A DNA stretch of 64,000 bases from assembly GCA_026707405.1 (NCBI GenBank), contig JAPOWW010000001.1, positions 192,136 to 256,135 on the forward strand, given 5' to 3'. Numbering within the stretch: the stretch's first letter is position 1; each line of letters opens with the position of its first letter. Below the pieces are notes generated by a model, which saw only the letters and a list, made by a program, of their open reading frames with translations, had not been told where the DNA came from and did not search any database. The translations under genes were made by a program, and so were the position numbers. Origin of the DNA: Chloroflexota bacterium (lineage in GTDB: Bacteria > Chloroflexota > UBA11872 > VXNJ01). Shown here one piece after another: positions 19,810-29,344 of the stretch.

Positions 19810-21392
19810 TCAGGGTGGGGAGGATGGGCGAAGTAATCGCCGTGCGCTGGCCGTAATCGTTTGGACTGCCGTTCGTGCTTCCTGGACCCTGAAGAGCCAT
19901 AGTCCGGTCGCATACGCAGCCAGCCCTATCGAGCCGGCAATCGCGATTGTCACGATGCTTGCTTCGGAGCGCGGTTCGGCCAGACCGGCGACTTGAGTTC
20001 CCACGAAAACCCCCGTCGCCAACGCCAGGGTCGCGAGCAGCATTCTGGCGGCGAACCCGAGCATCGCCGCGTCGGGCCTTGCACGAAGCGCCCGCCACAG
20101 CAGAAGACCGAGCACGAGTCCGTGAAAGCTGTTCTGGATCGTATTGGCCCAGACGAGGCCGTGAAACCCCGCGCTTCCAACCAGCGGCAGCGCAACCGCG
20201 AGATAGACGAATCCTCCGGCGATACCCATGAGCACGGGAGTGAGCGTATTGCGAGCGGAGTAGTAGGCGAATATGAACATCTGATCCAGCGCGACGAGAG
20301 GAAGCTGAAGCGCGTAGATGATGACAGCAATCGAGGTAGGGCCTGTTGCAGCAGCGACGAACTCGCCTCGTTGGTAAACGAACCGGACTAGCGGCTCCGA
20401 CATACCGATCACCAGTACTGTTGCGGGAATCACGAGAAGAAGCATGTAGCGGATGGTCCCGCTCAGGACCTGCTTGAAGTCATGCGCTTTGGGAAGGTCC
20501 GCGAACCGGGCCGGCGCCGCGCGAGACAGGGCAGGCAGCGCCGCCAGACTCACGGCGGCAACCACGATCCCCAGCGGGAATTGCTGCAGCCGGGTGGCGA
20601 ACCGCATCATCGCCAGGCTTCCTTCACCCGCGTCTGAGGCAAGCCGAGTATCTATCGACGTTATGAACTGCGTGAAAATCAGTCCGCCCAGAACAGGAGC
20701 GTAGAGCAGCATCGCAGTCCGGAGATCGGGGTTGCCAAACGGGTTGGGACGGGATCGCGGGATTTTCTCGGCTATCAGGCCGGGAATTTGAATCGCAAGG
20801 TGCGCCGCCGCCCCGGCCAGATAGCCGAGCGCCACGCCAGGCGGTCCGACCAGCGGAGTAAGGGCGAGCGCGCCAACGACCAGCGTGCCGTTCAAAGCGG
20901 AGACGCTGAATGCCGGAAAGGCGAACCTCTCGGCGGCGTACAGCCGTCCTGAGGCCACCGCCGAAATACCCAGCAGAATCACCGCGGGCAAAGTTATTCG
21001 AAGCATGGTCACAGCCATGTTGTGGGTTTCGTCGGAAAAGGCGGGTGCCAGGAGAGTTACGAAGGGATGCGCCAGCGCGATCAGCGCTCCGGCGACGGCG
21101 GCGATCAGGACTCCCACTATCAGGAGAAGGGTGTAAAAGAGCCTGGCGGACCGCTCTCTATCATCGGCGAGTCCGCTGAAAACAGGGACCAGGACCGCGG
21201 AGATCGCGCCACCAACAACCACGTCGAACAGCATGTTCGGGACTCGCGTGGCAACTTCGAACGCGTCGGCCGTTCCCGTTGCCCCGAACAGGGCCGCGAT
21301 GACAGGTTCACGGATAAAACCGAGCAGCCTGCTTAGAACGTTTCCCGCGGCGACCAGCGTAGCCGCGAATGCTATCCGCTTACCTGTTTCAG
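19810..21392 (-). CDS. murJ: Lipid II flippase MurJ (start uncertain, ORF extended upstream of the listed Met)
   Basis: Reading upstream of 21234 on the minus strand continues in frame as ...ATLVAAGNVLSRLLGFIREPVIAALFGATGTADAFEVATRVPNMLF.... This contains the MurJ N-terminal DAF..A..VPN motif. About 14 TM helices are predicted. Confidence 0.75.
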
Positions 21393-21897
21393 CCTTGATC
21401 GGTGGGATCTCGCGGAACGGTGGCGGATGCGCGGCGGAACATGTCTGATGACGATGCGCCCGGAATCAATTTGACGAAGCGGAGCTTGCACCCGGCTTTG
21501 GTCGCGGACTCCAATTCGGGAAGCGGCCGGTCGCCGGAGGCCGGATCGTACTCAGCCCCTTTTACGTAGACGTTCGGTCGCACGACCTCGATCAGGCGTC
21601 CGGCGGTCAACTGCGGAAATATGACGACGAGATCGACCCACCTGATCGCGGCGAGGACTTGGGCACGTTGATCGGCCGTAAGGACGGGGCGCCCCCGCCC
21701 CTTGAGCGTGGTGACGGATTTGTCGTCGTTCAGGCCAACTACGAGAACGTCGCCCAGCGCCGCGCACGCCTGCAGAAACCGTATATGGCCGTGGTGAATC
21801 AGATCGAAACAGCCGTTCGTTAGTACGACCGTTTGCGACGAGCGCCTCGACGCTTCCAGGTACTTGCCGGCGTCGACAAGCTCGACGACAGGAGCAG
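21389..21897 (-). CDS. hldC: D-glycero-beta-D-manno-heptose 1-phosphate adenylyltransferase (RfaE domain II-like cytidylyltransferase). The longest ORF extends to 22030.
   Basis: The TNGCFDLIHHGH nucleotidyltransferase motif is present. The first 40 aa of the longest ORF overlap the kinase gene and are Arg-rich junk. The likely start is a GTG near the kinase stop. Confidence 0.7.
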
Positions 21898-21905
21898 AAG
21901 CGGAG

Positions 21906-22916
21906 TCAGTCACCGGCCGCTTCGAGCATCGCCGCCACTTCTTCCGGGCGGGTTGTCGACGCGCCGAGCCTGGAGACGACGGCCGCTCCCGCCGCGTTGG
22001 CGATCTCCGCCGCCTCGACAGGGTCGGCATTGCCCAAGAGCGATAACGTGAAAGCCGACGCCACGGTATCTCCGGCGCCGGTGGCGTCGACCAGTCCAGG
22101 CACCGAGTGCGCCGCCACCCTCTTCATGGGCTCGTCACGGCTAAAGAGCGCCAATCCGTTGCCGCCGAGTGTTATCAGGAGATGAGTGCAGCCCAGGCGT
22201 GCTCGCAGCTCGTTGCCACCCGATTCGAGCGCTCTGTCGTCGTCCATCGACATGCCGAGCTCGGCCTCGGCTTCCGGTTGATTGGGAGTTACCGCGGTCA
22301 CTCCCTGAAAGCGCGCAAAGCCGCCGTGGGAATCGACGATAACTCGCTTGCCGTGTCGCTCGGCGCTGGAGAGGACGTATTCGAGGATCGGGGCGTCTAC
22401 GACGCCGCTTTCATAGTCCGAGATGATCACGGCGCCGTATTCGGGAATAGCTCCTTCCAGATAGAGCAGCAACTCTTGCTGGGATTGCTCCGACATGGGT
22501 TCGCGATTGGACACGTCCACGCGGGCAACCTGTTGATAGTGCATCTGTCCGGCACCGCCCGCCCATACGCGGAGCTTGACACTGGTTGGCCGCGACGGCT
22601 CGGTGGCCAGACCGGCGGTGTGGATTCCAGCTTCGTCCAGTATCCGGCGAAGTCGATCTCCCATCTCGTCGTCGCCCACGAGTCCACAGACCGAGACATC
22701 CGATCCGAGGCTCCGGGCGTTGTATGCGGGATTAGCGGCTCCTCCCGGAACGAACAGATGCCCTCGCCGCTCGATGACCGGAACCGGGGCCTCTCGGGAC
22801 AATCGGGTCGAATGTCCGATGATGTGCTCGTCCACGACCATGTCGCCCACCACCAGCACGCGCGTCCCCTGCGCCGCCGCGAGGATTTGACGACAGCGCT
22901 CCGCAGATATGGTCAC
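21906..22916 (-). CDS. hldA: D-glycero-beta-D-manno-heptose 7-phosphate kinase (RfaE domain I, PfkB family)
   Basis: The PfkB ribokinase-like fold is indicated by VLVVGDMVVDEH and the C-terminal GAGDTV motif. The gene is adjacent to the adenylyltransferase. Confidence 0.75.
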   Translation of the reverse strand: MTISAERCRQILAAAQGTRVLVVGDMVVDEHIIGHSTRLSREAPVPVIERRGHLFVPGGAANPAYNARSLGSDVSVCGLVGDDEMGDRLRRILDEAGIHTAGLATEPSRPTSVKLRVWAGGAGQMHYQQVARVDVSNREPMSEQSQQELLLYLEGAIPEYGAVIISDYESGVVDAPILEYVLSSAERHGKRVIVDSHGGFARFQGVTAVTPNQPEAEAELGMSMDDDRALESGGNELRARLGCTHLLITLGGNGLALFSRDEPMKRVAAHSVPGLVDATGAGDTVASAFTLSLLGNADPVEAAEIANAAGAAVVSRLGASTTRPEEVAAMLEAAGD

Positions 22917-23105
22917 TGCCCGACTCCGACTTCGCGCTGACAGTTCAATAACTTACAAACCGATTGCCGAGTAATGCGTGACGCTCCTGTCCTCGTCGCT
23001 GCACACCTAAGTACCCAAGAGTGAATCGAAATCGGTTACCGGAAATGGTTCGCAGCCGACGAGCGCGGCTTGAGTCGCCGATTCGAGCCTCGCTCATCAC
23101 GAGCG

Positions 23106-23876
23106 TTAATGCAGGTAGGATCTTAGATGGTCGGAGGAAAGTCTTAGCTCAGCGACTGGAGGTCCATCCGCCAGCCGGCACTCCAACGCCATCGCTCCGT
23201 CAAACCCGATCGACTTCAAAGCCCGCATACCCGGTTCGAAATCAGTATGCCCTCGTCCGGGATTCAGTCTGTTCGAATCGGCCAGGTGAACGTGCTTGAT
23301 CCAGCTTCCCGCGGCCGTGATGCTTTGAGCGATGTCGGCTTCCTCGACGTTCATGTGAAAAAAGTCGGCCATGATGCCTACGCCCGAACTGCCGACGGAC
23401 TCGGCGATTTTCACGGCCTGCTCCAAACGGTTGACCAGATGAGTCTCGTACCGGATCAGCGGCTCGATCACGACGACCATGCCCTGCGACTCCGCGTGCT
23501 CACCCACAGCCCTGAGCGCGTCGCAATACCGATCGATCTCTTCCTGTTCAGTTACACCTTCCGCGAGAGGTCCCCGTACGGGGACAGAAACTATCCGCTT
23601 GACGCCAAACTGGCCGGCAAAATCGATGGTCTCCTTGAAGAAGGAGATTCTGGCGGCGAGGTCCGTGCCAACATCGCCGAGGTCGTGCTCAAGCGAAGTG
23701 CACATGCTCAGGGCCTCAATCGGCGAATCGGCGAGCGCGGACCTGGTTTCTTCAGGCCGATGTATTGTGAAACGGTGTACCAGTTCGACAGCCTCGTACC
23801 CGCAGTTTTCGAGATTCCGCAACTGCTCGGCGACTGACTCACCCGGTACTATCGACTCCTGGGCGGCTAACTTCAT
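23106..23876 (-). CDS. Sugar phosphate isomerase/epimerase (xylose isomerase-like TIM barrel)
   Basis: 256 aa, with the metal-binding His/Asp/Glu pattern in EPLIRYETHLV and HVHLADSNR typical of AP-endonuclease-2 / TIM-barrel isomerases. Confidence 0.7.
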   Translation of the reverse strand: MKLAAQESIVPGESVAEQLRNLENCGYEAVELVHRFTIHRPEETRSALADSPIEALSMCTSLEHDLGDVGTDLAARISFFKETIDFAGQFGVKRIVSVPVRGPLAEGVTEQEEIDRYCDALRAVGEHAESQGMVVVIEPLIRYETHLVNRLEQAVKIAESVGSSGVGIMADFFHMNVEEADIAQSITAAGSWIKHVHLADSNRLNPGRGHTDFEPGMRALKSIGFDGAMALECRLADGPPVAELRLSSDHLRSYLH

Positions 23877-24087
23877 GAGTACCTTTGCGCTTAGTAACTA
23901 CTCGGGGACAATCCCAAACATCGACGGGAACGTATCAAGGTTACCCTTTCCGCCCTAGCGCCAGGTTCATCATTGGTATCATTGCCACGCGCGATCAAAG
24001 TAGCAGCGTGTAGCCCATTCGAGTCCGTCCATCGCCAACCGTGAATCCTAGAGGCCTGAGGCATCCAGGCTTTGGCGGAAAGCACCT

Positions 24088-25386
24088 TTGTTCGATATCC
24101 AGACCCTAGATAATGGTCTCCGGGCCGTCATCACGCCGGTTGCGCATACCCGGGCAGTGACGATTCAGTTGGCGGTCGGGATCGGATTCGGCTACGAGTC
24201 GGAGCGCACTCATGGACTCGCCCATTTCGTCGAGCACATGCTCTTCAAGGGCACGGAGTCGCGTCCCACATTTTCCGACATCACGGGGTTAATCGAGTCG
24301 CTTGGCGGATCCATTAACGGCGCGACCGACAAAGAGATGACGTTCGTATTCGTGAGGTGTCCATCAGTCCACTTCGAAACGGCGCTCGAGATCTTGTCGG
24401 ACGTAGTACAGAACTCGAGGTTCGATCCGGAGGAGGTCGAACGCGAACGCCGCGTGCTGATCGAAGAGGCGACGATGTCGCATGACACACCTGATGAGTG
24501 GGCCATGCAGCTATTGGAGCAGCTCTTGTGGCCCGGACACGGTCTCGGCCGGCCGATTTCCGACAATCTGGACGTGACGCGGAATACGACTCCGGACACA
24601 CTGCGCAGCTATGCGGCACGCAACTTCGGCGCCGCCAACGCGGTGGTCTCGATAGCCGGCGCCGTCGAGCGGGAACGGGCCTTGGAATCCATCGAAACCC
24701 GCTTCCACGGCTATCGATCCGGAGAAAGGGCCGAGTGGCCCAAGGTGGACTCGTCGAACCGTCGTCTGGAATCCCGGCTGACCATCGAGGAGCGCGACGT
24801 GATGCAAGTCAACGTTGCGCTCGGAACGCACTCGCTCTCCCGAACCGATCCCGACCGTTATGCGCTTGAATTGCTCAACGCAGTTCTAGGCGAGGGGATG
24901 TGCTCAAGACTGTTTGCCGAAATCAGGGAGAGACGTGCGCTTACGTACGATGTCTTTTCATACACTTCGCAGAATCGGGAAGACGGCTCGATCGCCATTT
25001 TCGCCAACACCAACCCTGAAAATGTTGGAGCAATGACGGGCGCCATCATCGAGGAATGCGAGCGTCTGAAAACTCAACCTCCGTCCGATTGGGAGCTGGA
25101 GCGCGCTCGCGAATACGTCAAGGGCGGTCTCATTCTTGGCTTGGAGGAGAGTCACAACGTGGCGTCCTGGTACGCTCGCGAAGAGCTTCTTGAGTCGGAG
25201 AGGATGACCGTCGATGCGGTCATACGACGCTTGAACTCAGTGACTGCGGACGACGTTTCGCGTGTCGCGCAACGCATATTCACGGGAGACTGGGCGCGGC
25301 TGGCCGCGGTCGGACCTGTTGAGGACGACAACCCGCTGACCCAAATAGTTGGAAGCGGATATACCTCACTCGAATATGTCTCCTAG
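24088..25386 (+). CDS. M16-family zinc metallopeptidase (pitrilysin-like)
   Basis: The inverted zinc motif HxxEH is present (HFVEHMLFKG), with a downstream Glu. Length is 432 aa. Confidence 0.85.
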   Translation: MFDIQTLDNGLRAVITPVAHTRAVTIQLAVGIGFGYESERTHGLAHFVEHMLFKGTESRPTFSDITGLIESLGGSINGATDKEMTFVFVRCPSVHFETALEILSDVVQNSRFDPEEVERERRVLIEEATMSHDTPDEWAMQLLEQLLWPGHGLGRPISDNLDVTRNTTPDTLRSYAARNFGAANAVVSIAGAVERERALESIETRFHGYRSGERAEWPKVDSSNRRLESRLTIEERDVMQVNVALGTHSLSRTDPDRYALELLNAVLGEGMCSRLFAEIRERRALTYDVFSYTSQNREDGSIAIFANTNPENVGAMTGAIIEECERLKTQPPSDWELERAREYVKGGLILGLEESHNVASWYAREELLESERMTVDAVIRRLNSVTADDVSRVAQRIFTGDWARLAAVGPVEDDNPLTQIVGSGYTSLEYVS

Positions 25387-26719
25387 GAAAATCGTCGATC
25401 AGGCGCACCAGCTTCTCGACGGCGGCGACCCCGACGGCTGCATGCGCATCATCGGTTACGTGCTGGATATTTTCCCCAACTACTACCAAGCGCGACTGGT
25501 ACGCGCCCTGGCTTTCGAAACGCTGGCGCGGATGTCCGACTCCGCCGACGATGCGGCTTTCGTTTTGGGCGTCGTGCCGCACAACGGGACCGCGCTCCTG
25601 CTGAGCGCGCGCCTGCAAAGCCGAAAGGGTGACGGTCAGCAGGCGCAGAAGCTGTGGACCCGCGCCGCGGAGACGGATCCCTGTCATGCGGACCTCGGTA
25701 ACACGATCGATGGAGTGAACCTCACCCCTCGCATAACTCACGGCTTGCTCGGCTACACGTATCTGCGCTCTGGATGGCCTGAACTCGCGGAGCGTCTATT
25801 GAGAGCTGCCATCGAGTCCGACTCGGTCCGGACCGACATCCGCCTGGCGCTGGCCGAGTCGCTCTGGAGCATCGGCAGGCTCGAGGACTGCCGGCGTCAT
25901 AGCCGCACCGTGCTGGACCACCATCCGGATTGCCTGAAGGCGCTCCTGATGATGGCTCATATTTTTACTGAGATCGGCAGAACGAATCACGCGGCTGAGC
26001 TACTCGACCGAGCTTCGTCTCTGGACCCCGAACAGCGATTGGCCCGCGAGATGTACGGTCGCCTTGAATTCGATCGCATGAGCCTGGCGGAGCCCGCGTC
26101 GATAGCGCCGCCGCCGGGCGTAAGCGACCGGGCCAAGATCGACGCCGAAGCTGGCGAGCGAGATTGGATAGCCTCACCGGAACAGGACTCGACGCCAGAG
26201 CAACCGGTGAAATCTGTAGCTGACAGTGCAGAACCCAAAGAAGTGAAAACCGTTGTACCACCACCTTCAACTGGGCCTCACCTTCACGATACGTCCGCTC
26301 CGGTCGCCCCTGACCCGGAAGCCGCCGAGCAAGAGCAGATGGCGGACGCGTCCGCGGCAATCGATAGTGGCGGCACGGATGTGGGGATATCCGAGGAGCC
26401 TATTGTCCCAGCGATGGAGGCACAGTCTCCTGTAACCGAAGAGCCACTTCCACCCTCCGCGATCGCGGCGATCGAACTGGCCAGAGAAGGGTATTGGGAC
26501 GAGGCGATGAACCTCGTGAGAGTGCATTCCGCCGAAGATGACTTGCAGGCTTGGGAAGCGGCGCTCCGTGAGATTTGCGGCCTTGACGAAGCGCCTGCAA
26601 CCGCCTGGGAGATTTTGGGCGATGTATATATGCGTCAGAGTCTCCCCCAAGACGGGGCGCGTGCCTATGCGCAGGCTAACGAATTGAAGGAGCAAGCTCT
26701 TAACCGTGATGGATCCTGA
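25376..26719 (+). CDS. TPR-like repeat protein with an acidic/Pro-rich low-complexity C-terminal half
   Basis: The N-terminal half is predicted helical-repeat. The central region is rich in Pro, Glu, Ala and Ser. The start is chosen at the internal Met (MSPRK) to limit overlap with the M16 peptidase gene. Confidence 0.45.
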   Translation: MSPRKIVDQAHQLLDGGDPDGCMRIIGYVLDIFPNYYQARLVRALAFETLARMSDSADDAAFVLGVVPHNGTALLLSARLQSRKGDGQQAQKLWTRAAETDPCHADLGNTIDGVNLTPRITHGLLGYTYLRSGWPELAERLLRAAIESDSVRTDIRLALAESLWSIGRLEDCRRHSRTVLDHHPDCLKALLMMAHIFTEIGRTNHAAELLDRASSLDPEQRLAREMYGRLEFDRMSLAEPASIAPPPGVSDRAKIDAEAGERDWIASPEQDSTPEQPVKSVADSAEPKEVKTVVPPPSTGPHLHDTSAPVAPDPEAAEQEQMADASAAIDSGGTDVGISEEPIVPAMEAQSPVTEEPLPPSAIAAIELAREGYWDEAMNLVRVHSAEDDLQAWEAALREICGLDEAPATAWEILGDVYMRQSLPQDGARAYAQANELKEQALNRDGS

Positions 26720-27083
26720 GATTGGACTGGCTGAGTCGCTGGCCTCTCTGGAGGGAGTCCGATCAGCGGTCGTATGGCGGTTGGGCGGAGTACCGGTTAC
26801 CGCTCATAGTCATGAAGATTTCTCGTCCCTGCGGGGCAGAATGCTGTCGGCTGCAGTCGGCGCCTTCGATACGGATATCGACAGGCTTGGCTTCGGTCAG
26901 ATCAGCCAGATCTGGTGGCAATCCGACGACGCGCAGTGTGTCGGATTCCGGGCGGGCGAGTGGCAGGTTCTGGTCGTGGCCGGGGCCGAGCTTGGCGTAG
27001 CGACTCTGAGATCAAACGTGGCTGAAACCGTCGGCAAATTCTGGGATGAAACTGCAAAAAGAGACGAGAATGGAGTCAACTGA
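26706..27083 (+). CDS. Roadblock/LC7 (MglB-like) domain protein
   Basis: 125 aa. LASLEGVRSAVVWRLGGVPV and the alternating hydrophobic pattern through QVLVVAGAELGVATL match the Roadblock/LC7 fold consensus. Confidence 0.5.
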   Translation: MMDPEIGLAESLASLEGVRSAVVWRLGGVPVTAHSHEDFSSLRGRMLSAAVGAFDTDIDRLGFGQISQIWWQSDDAQCVGFRAGEWQVLVVAGAELGVATLRSNVAETVGKFWDETAKRDENGVN

Positions 27084-27084
27084 A

Positions 27085-27537
27085 ATGGAACAAACGTTTG
27101 TGCTTCTCAAGCCCGATGCCGTGCAACGCGGTCTGGCAGGAGAGATTCTTGCCCGGTTCGAGCGGCGCGGATATCGCGTTGTGGCCTTGAAAATGCTCCA
27201 AGCGGACCGGGAACTCGCCGAAAGACACTACGAAGTGCATAAGGGCAAGTTCTTCTTCGAAGGGCTTGTACAACATCTGACTTCCGGTCCGGTCGTAGCG
27301 ATGATCCTAGAGGGAGAAAATGTAATCCAGGCGGTGCGGACGATGGTCGGTTCCACCATCCCGAACCAGGCGGCGGCCGGCACCATACGGGGCGATCTGG
27401 CGGTCGCCGGCCTGCGAAACCTTGTTCATGCGTCGGATGCGCCCGAAAGCGCCGAACACGAGATGTCGCTTTATTTCGAAGATGTGGAGGTCTTGGAGTA
27501 CCAGCGGGATCTGGACCGCTGGGTGTTCGAGTCCTGA
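27085..27537 (+). CDS. ndk: Nucleoside diphosphate kinase
   Basis: QTFVLLKPDAVQRGL and the active-site region NLVHASDAPESAEHE are canonical. The start is set at the Met that matches the NDK N-terminus. Confidence 0.9.
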   Translation: MEQTFVLLKPDAVQRGLAGEILARFERRGYRVVALKMLQADRELAERHYEVHKGKFFFEGLVQHLTSGPVVAMILEGENVIQAVRTMVGSTIPNQAAAGTIRGDLAVAGLRNLVHASDAPESAEHEMSLYFEDVEVLEYQRDLDRWVFES

Positions 27538-27589
27538 ACGGCCCGCTGTGTCAACATACGCGGGGCACGAAGATAGCTAGGAGCGAGCG

Positions 27590-29335
27590 ATGGCGGTAGA
27601 GCGTGAAAACGAGAACATCCGCTACGAACCGGATGAGAACCCGCCCTCCCCAATAACGGTTGGCGCCGGCCTTCAGGCCGCGGCGATCATTCTGACGCCG
27701 GTGGTATTGACCGTTGTGATTGTGTTTCGGATCGCCGACCAGCCCGATTCGTACGTGTCGTGGGGCGTCTTCGCCGCACTCATAGTCAGCGGAATTACCA
27801 CGGTTCTCCAGGCCGTCCGGGTGGGACGGATTGGAGCCGGACACGTGTTAATCATGGGAACGTCGGGGGCCTTCATCGCGGTGTGCGTCGCGGCTCTGGT
27901 CGAAGGCGGGCCGGCCACCATGGCGAGCCTGGTAGTAGTGTCGTCGCTGTTTCAGTTTGCGCTAGCGGCGCGGCTCTCGCTGCTACGCCGGATATTCACT
28001 CCAGTCGTCTCCGGCACGGTGATAATGCTGATCACCGCCACGGTAGCGCCGGTTGTATACGACACGATGGTGTCCGTGCCTGAAGGCACCTCCGCGGCTG
28101 CCGCTCCACTCGCTACGGTGGCGACGCTGGTGGTTGTCGCGGCGCTTGTGCTACGCGGTCCTCCGGGATTGCGGCTATGGTCGCCCGTCATCGGGATAGC
28201 CGTGGGTTGCGTGGTGTCTGCCCCCTTTGGGCTGTACGACTTTCAGCAGATACTGGACGCGCCCTGGGTGGGTGTTTCCTTTGGCTCCTGGCCGGGATTC
28301 GACCTAACTCCTGGTCCGGAGTTCTGGGCGCTATTGCCGGCGTTCGTGGCGGTTACTCTCGTTGGCGCCATCGAGACGATTGGTGACGGAGTGGCAATTC
28401 AACGGGTTTCTCGACGCAAGCCGCCGGCAACCGATTTCCGCGTAGTGCAGGGGGCCCTCAATGCCGACGGCGTGGGAAATCTCTTGTCAGGAATCCTGGG
28501 AACACTCCCCAACACGACCTACTCAACCAGCGTTGCCCTCCCCGAGGTGACCGGAATCGCCGCGCGGAGGGTGGGCGTGATTATCGGCGTGATCTTCCTG
28601 GTGCTGGCCTTCCTGCCGAAGGTCACGGCCATATTGATAGCCATCCCCGCCCCCGTTGCCGCCGCCTACATCATGGTTCTTCTAGGACTGCTCTTCGTCC
28701 AGGGCATGAAGATCATCATTCAGGATGGGGTCGATCACCGTAAGGCCGCCGTTGCCGGACTGGCGTTCTGGATCGGCGTGGGCTTTCAGAATCAATGGAT
28801 CTTCGCCGAGCAACTGGGGGATGGGTTTCTGAGCGTACTGCTCGGGAACGGCATGACTTCGGGAGCCATCGTCGCGATCATCATGATGGTGTTCCTGGAG
28901 CTGACGGGGCCCCGGCGCAGGCGCCTAAGCATCCCGCTAGATTCGGAAGCTTTGCCCAAGCTCGTGGAGTTCCTTCGCGAGTTCGCATCAAAAGCCGGAT
29001 GGAACGAGGCTTCGAGGGAGCGTGTGGTCCTGGTTGGGGAAGAAACACTGGCGAGCCTGTCATCTGAAGAAGACGAGGACGTGGAAAGGACGCGAGCGCG
29101 GCGGCTAATCGTGACCGCCCGCCCCGATGGCCGTGGAGCCGAGCTGGAGTTTGTATCGGGATATGAGGGGGAGAACCTGGAGGACCGGCTGGCGTATCTA
29201 GGTGAAACGCCGGACATACGGGACGACCGGGAAATATCGTTCCGCCTGCTGCGTCACTACGCATCGTCGGTGCGCCACCAGAAGTACCATGGCGAAGACG
29301 TGGTAACGGTACGGGTGGAGAACCCGCGCAAATAG
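27590..29335 (+). CDS. NCS2/SulP-like permease with a C-terminal cytoplasmic domain of unknown function (about 140 aa)
   Basis: An N-terminal transmembrane domain of about 430 aa contains a ...LPNTTYSTSVALPEVTGIAARRVG NCS2-like signature. The hydrophilic C-terminal domain (ALPKLVEFLREFASKAGW...VRVENPRK) has no transporter homology recognisable by eye. Confidence 0.55.
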   Translation: MAVERENENIRYEPDENPPSPITVGAGLQAAAIILTPVVLTVVIVFRIADQPDSYVSWGVFAALIVSGITTVLQAVRVGRIGAGHVLIMGTSGAFIAVCVAALVEGGPATMASLVVVSSLFQFALAARLSLLRRIFTPVVSGTVIMLITATVAPVVYDTMVSVPEGTSAAAAPLATVATLVVVAALVLRGPPGLRLWSPVIGIAVGCVVSAPFGLYDFQQILDAPWVGVSFGSWPGFDLTPGPEFWALLPAFVAVTLVGAIETIGDGVAIQRVSRRKPPATDFRVVQGALNADGVGNLLSGILGTLPNTTYSTSVALPEVTGIAARRVGVIIGVIFLVLAFLPKVTAILIAIPAPVAAAYIMVLLGLLFVQGMKIIIQDGVDHRKAAVAGLAFWIGVGFQNQWIFAEQLGDGFLSVLLGNGMTSGAIVAIIMMVFLELTGPRRRRLSIPLDSEALPKLVEFLREFASKAGWNEASRERVVLVGEETLASLSSEEDEDVERTRARRLIVTARPDGRGAELEFVSGYEGENLEDRLAYLGETPDIRDDREISFRLLRHYASSVRHQKYHGEDVVTVRVENPRK

Positions 29336-29344
29336 ATTGACTCC

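Noticed and set aside
22107-22940. 277-aa plus-strand ORF
   Set aside because: It is antisense to the heptose kinase gene.
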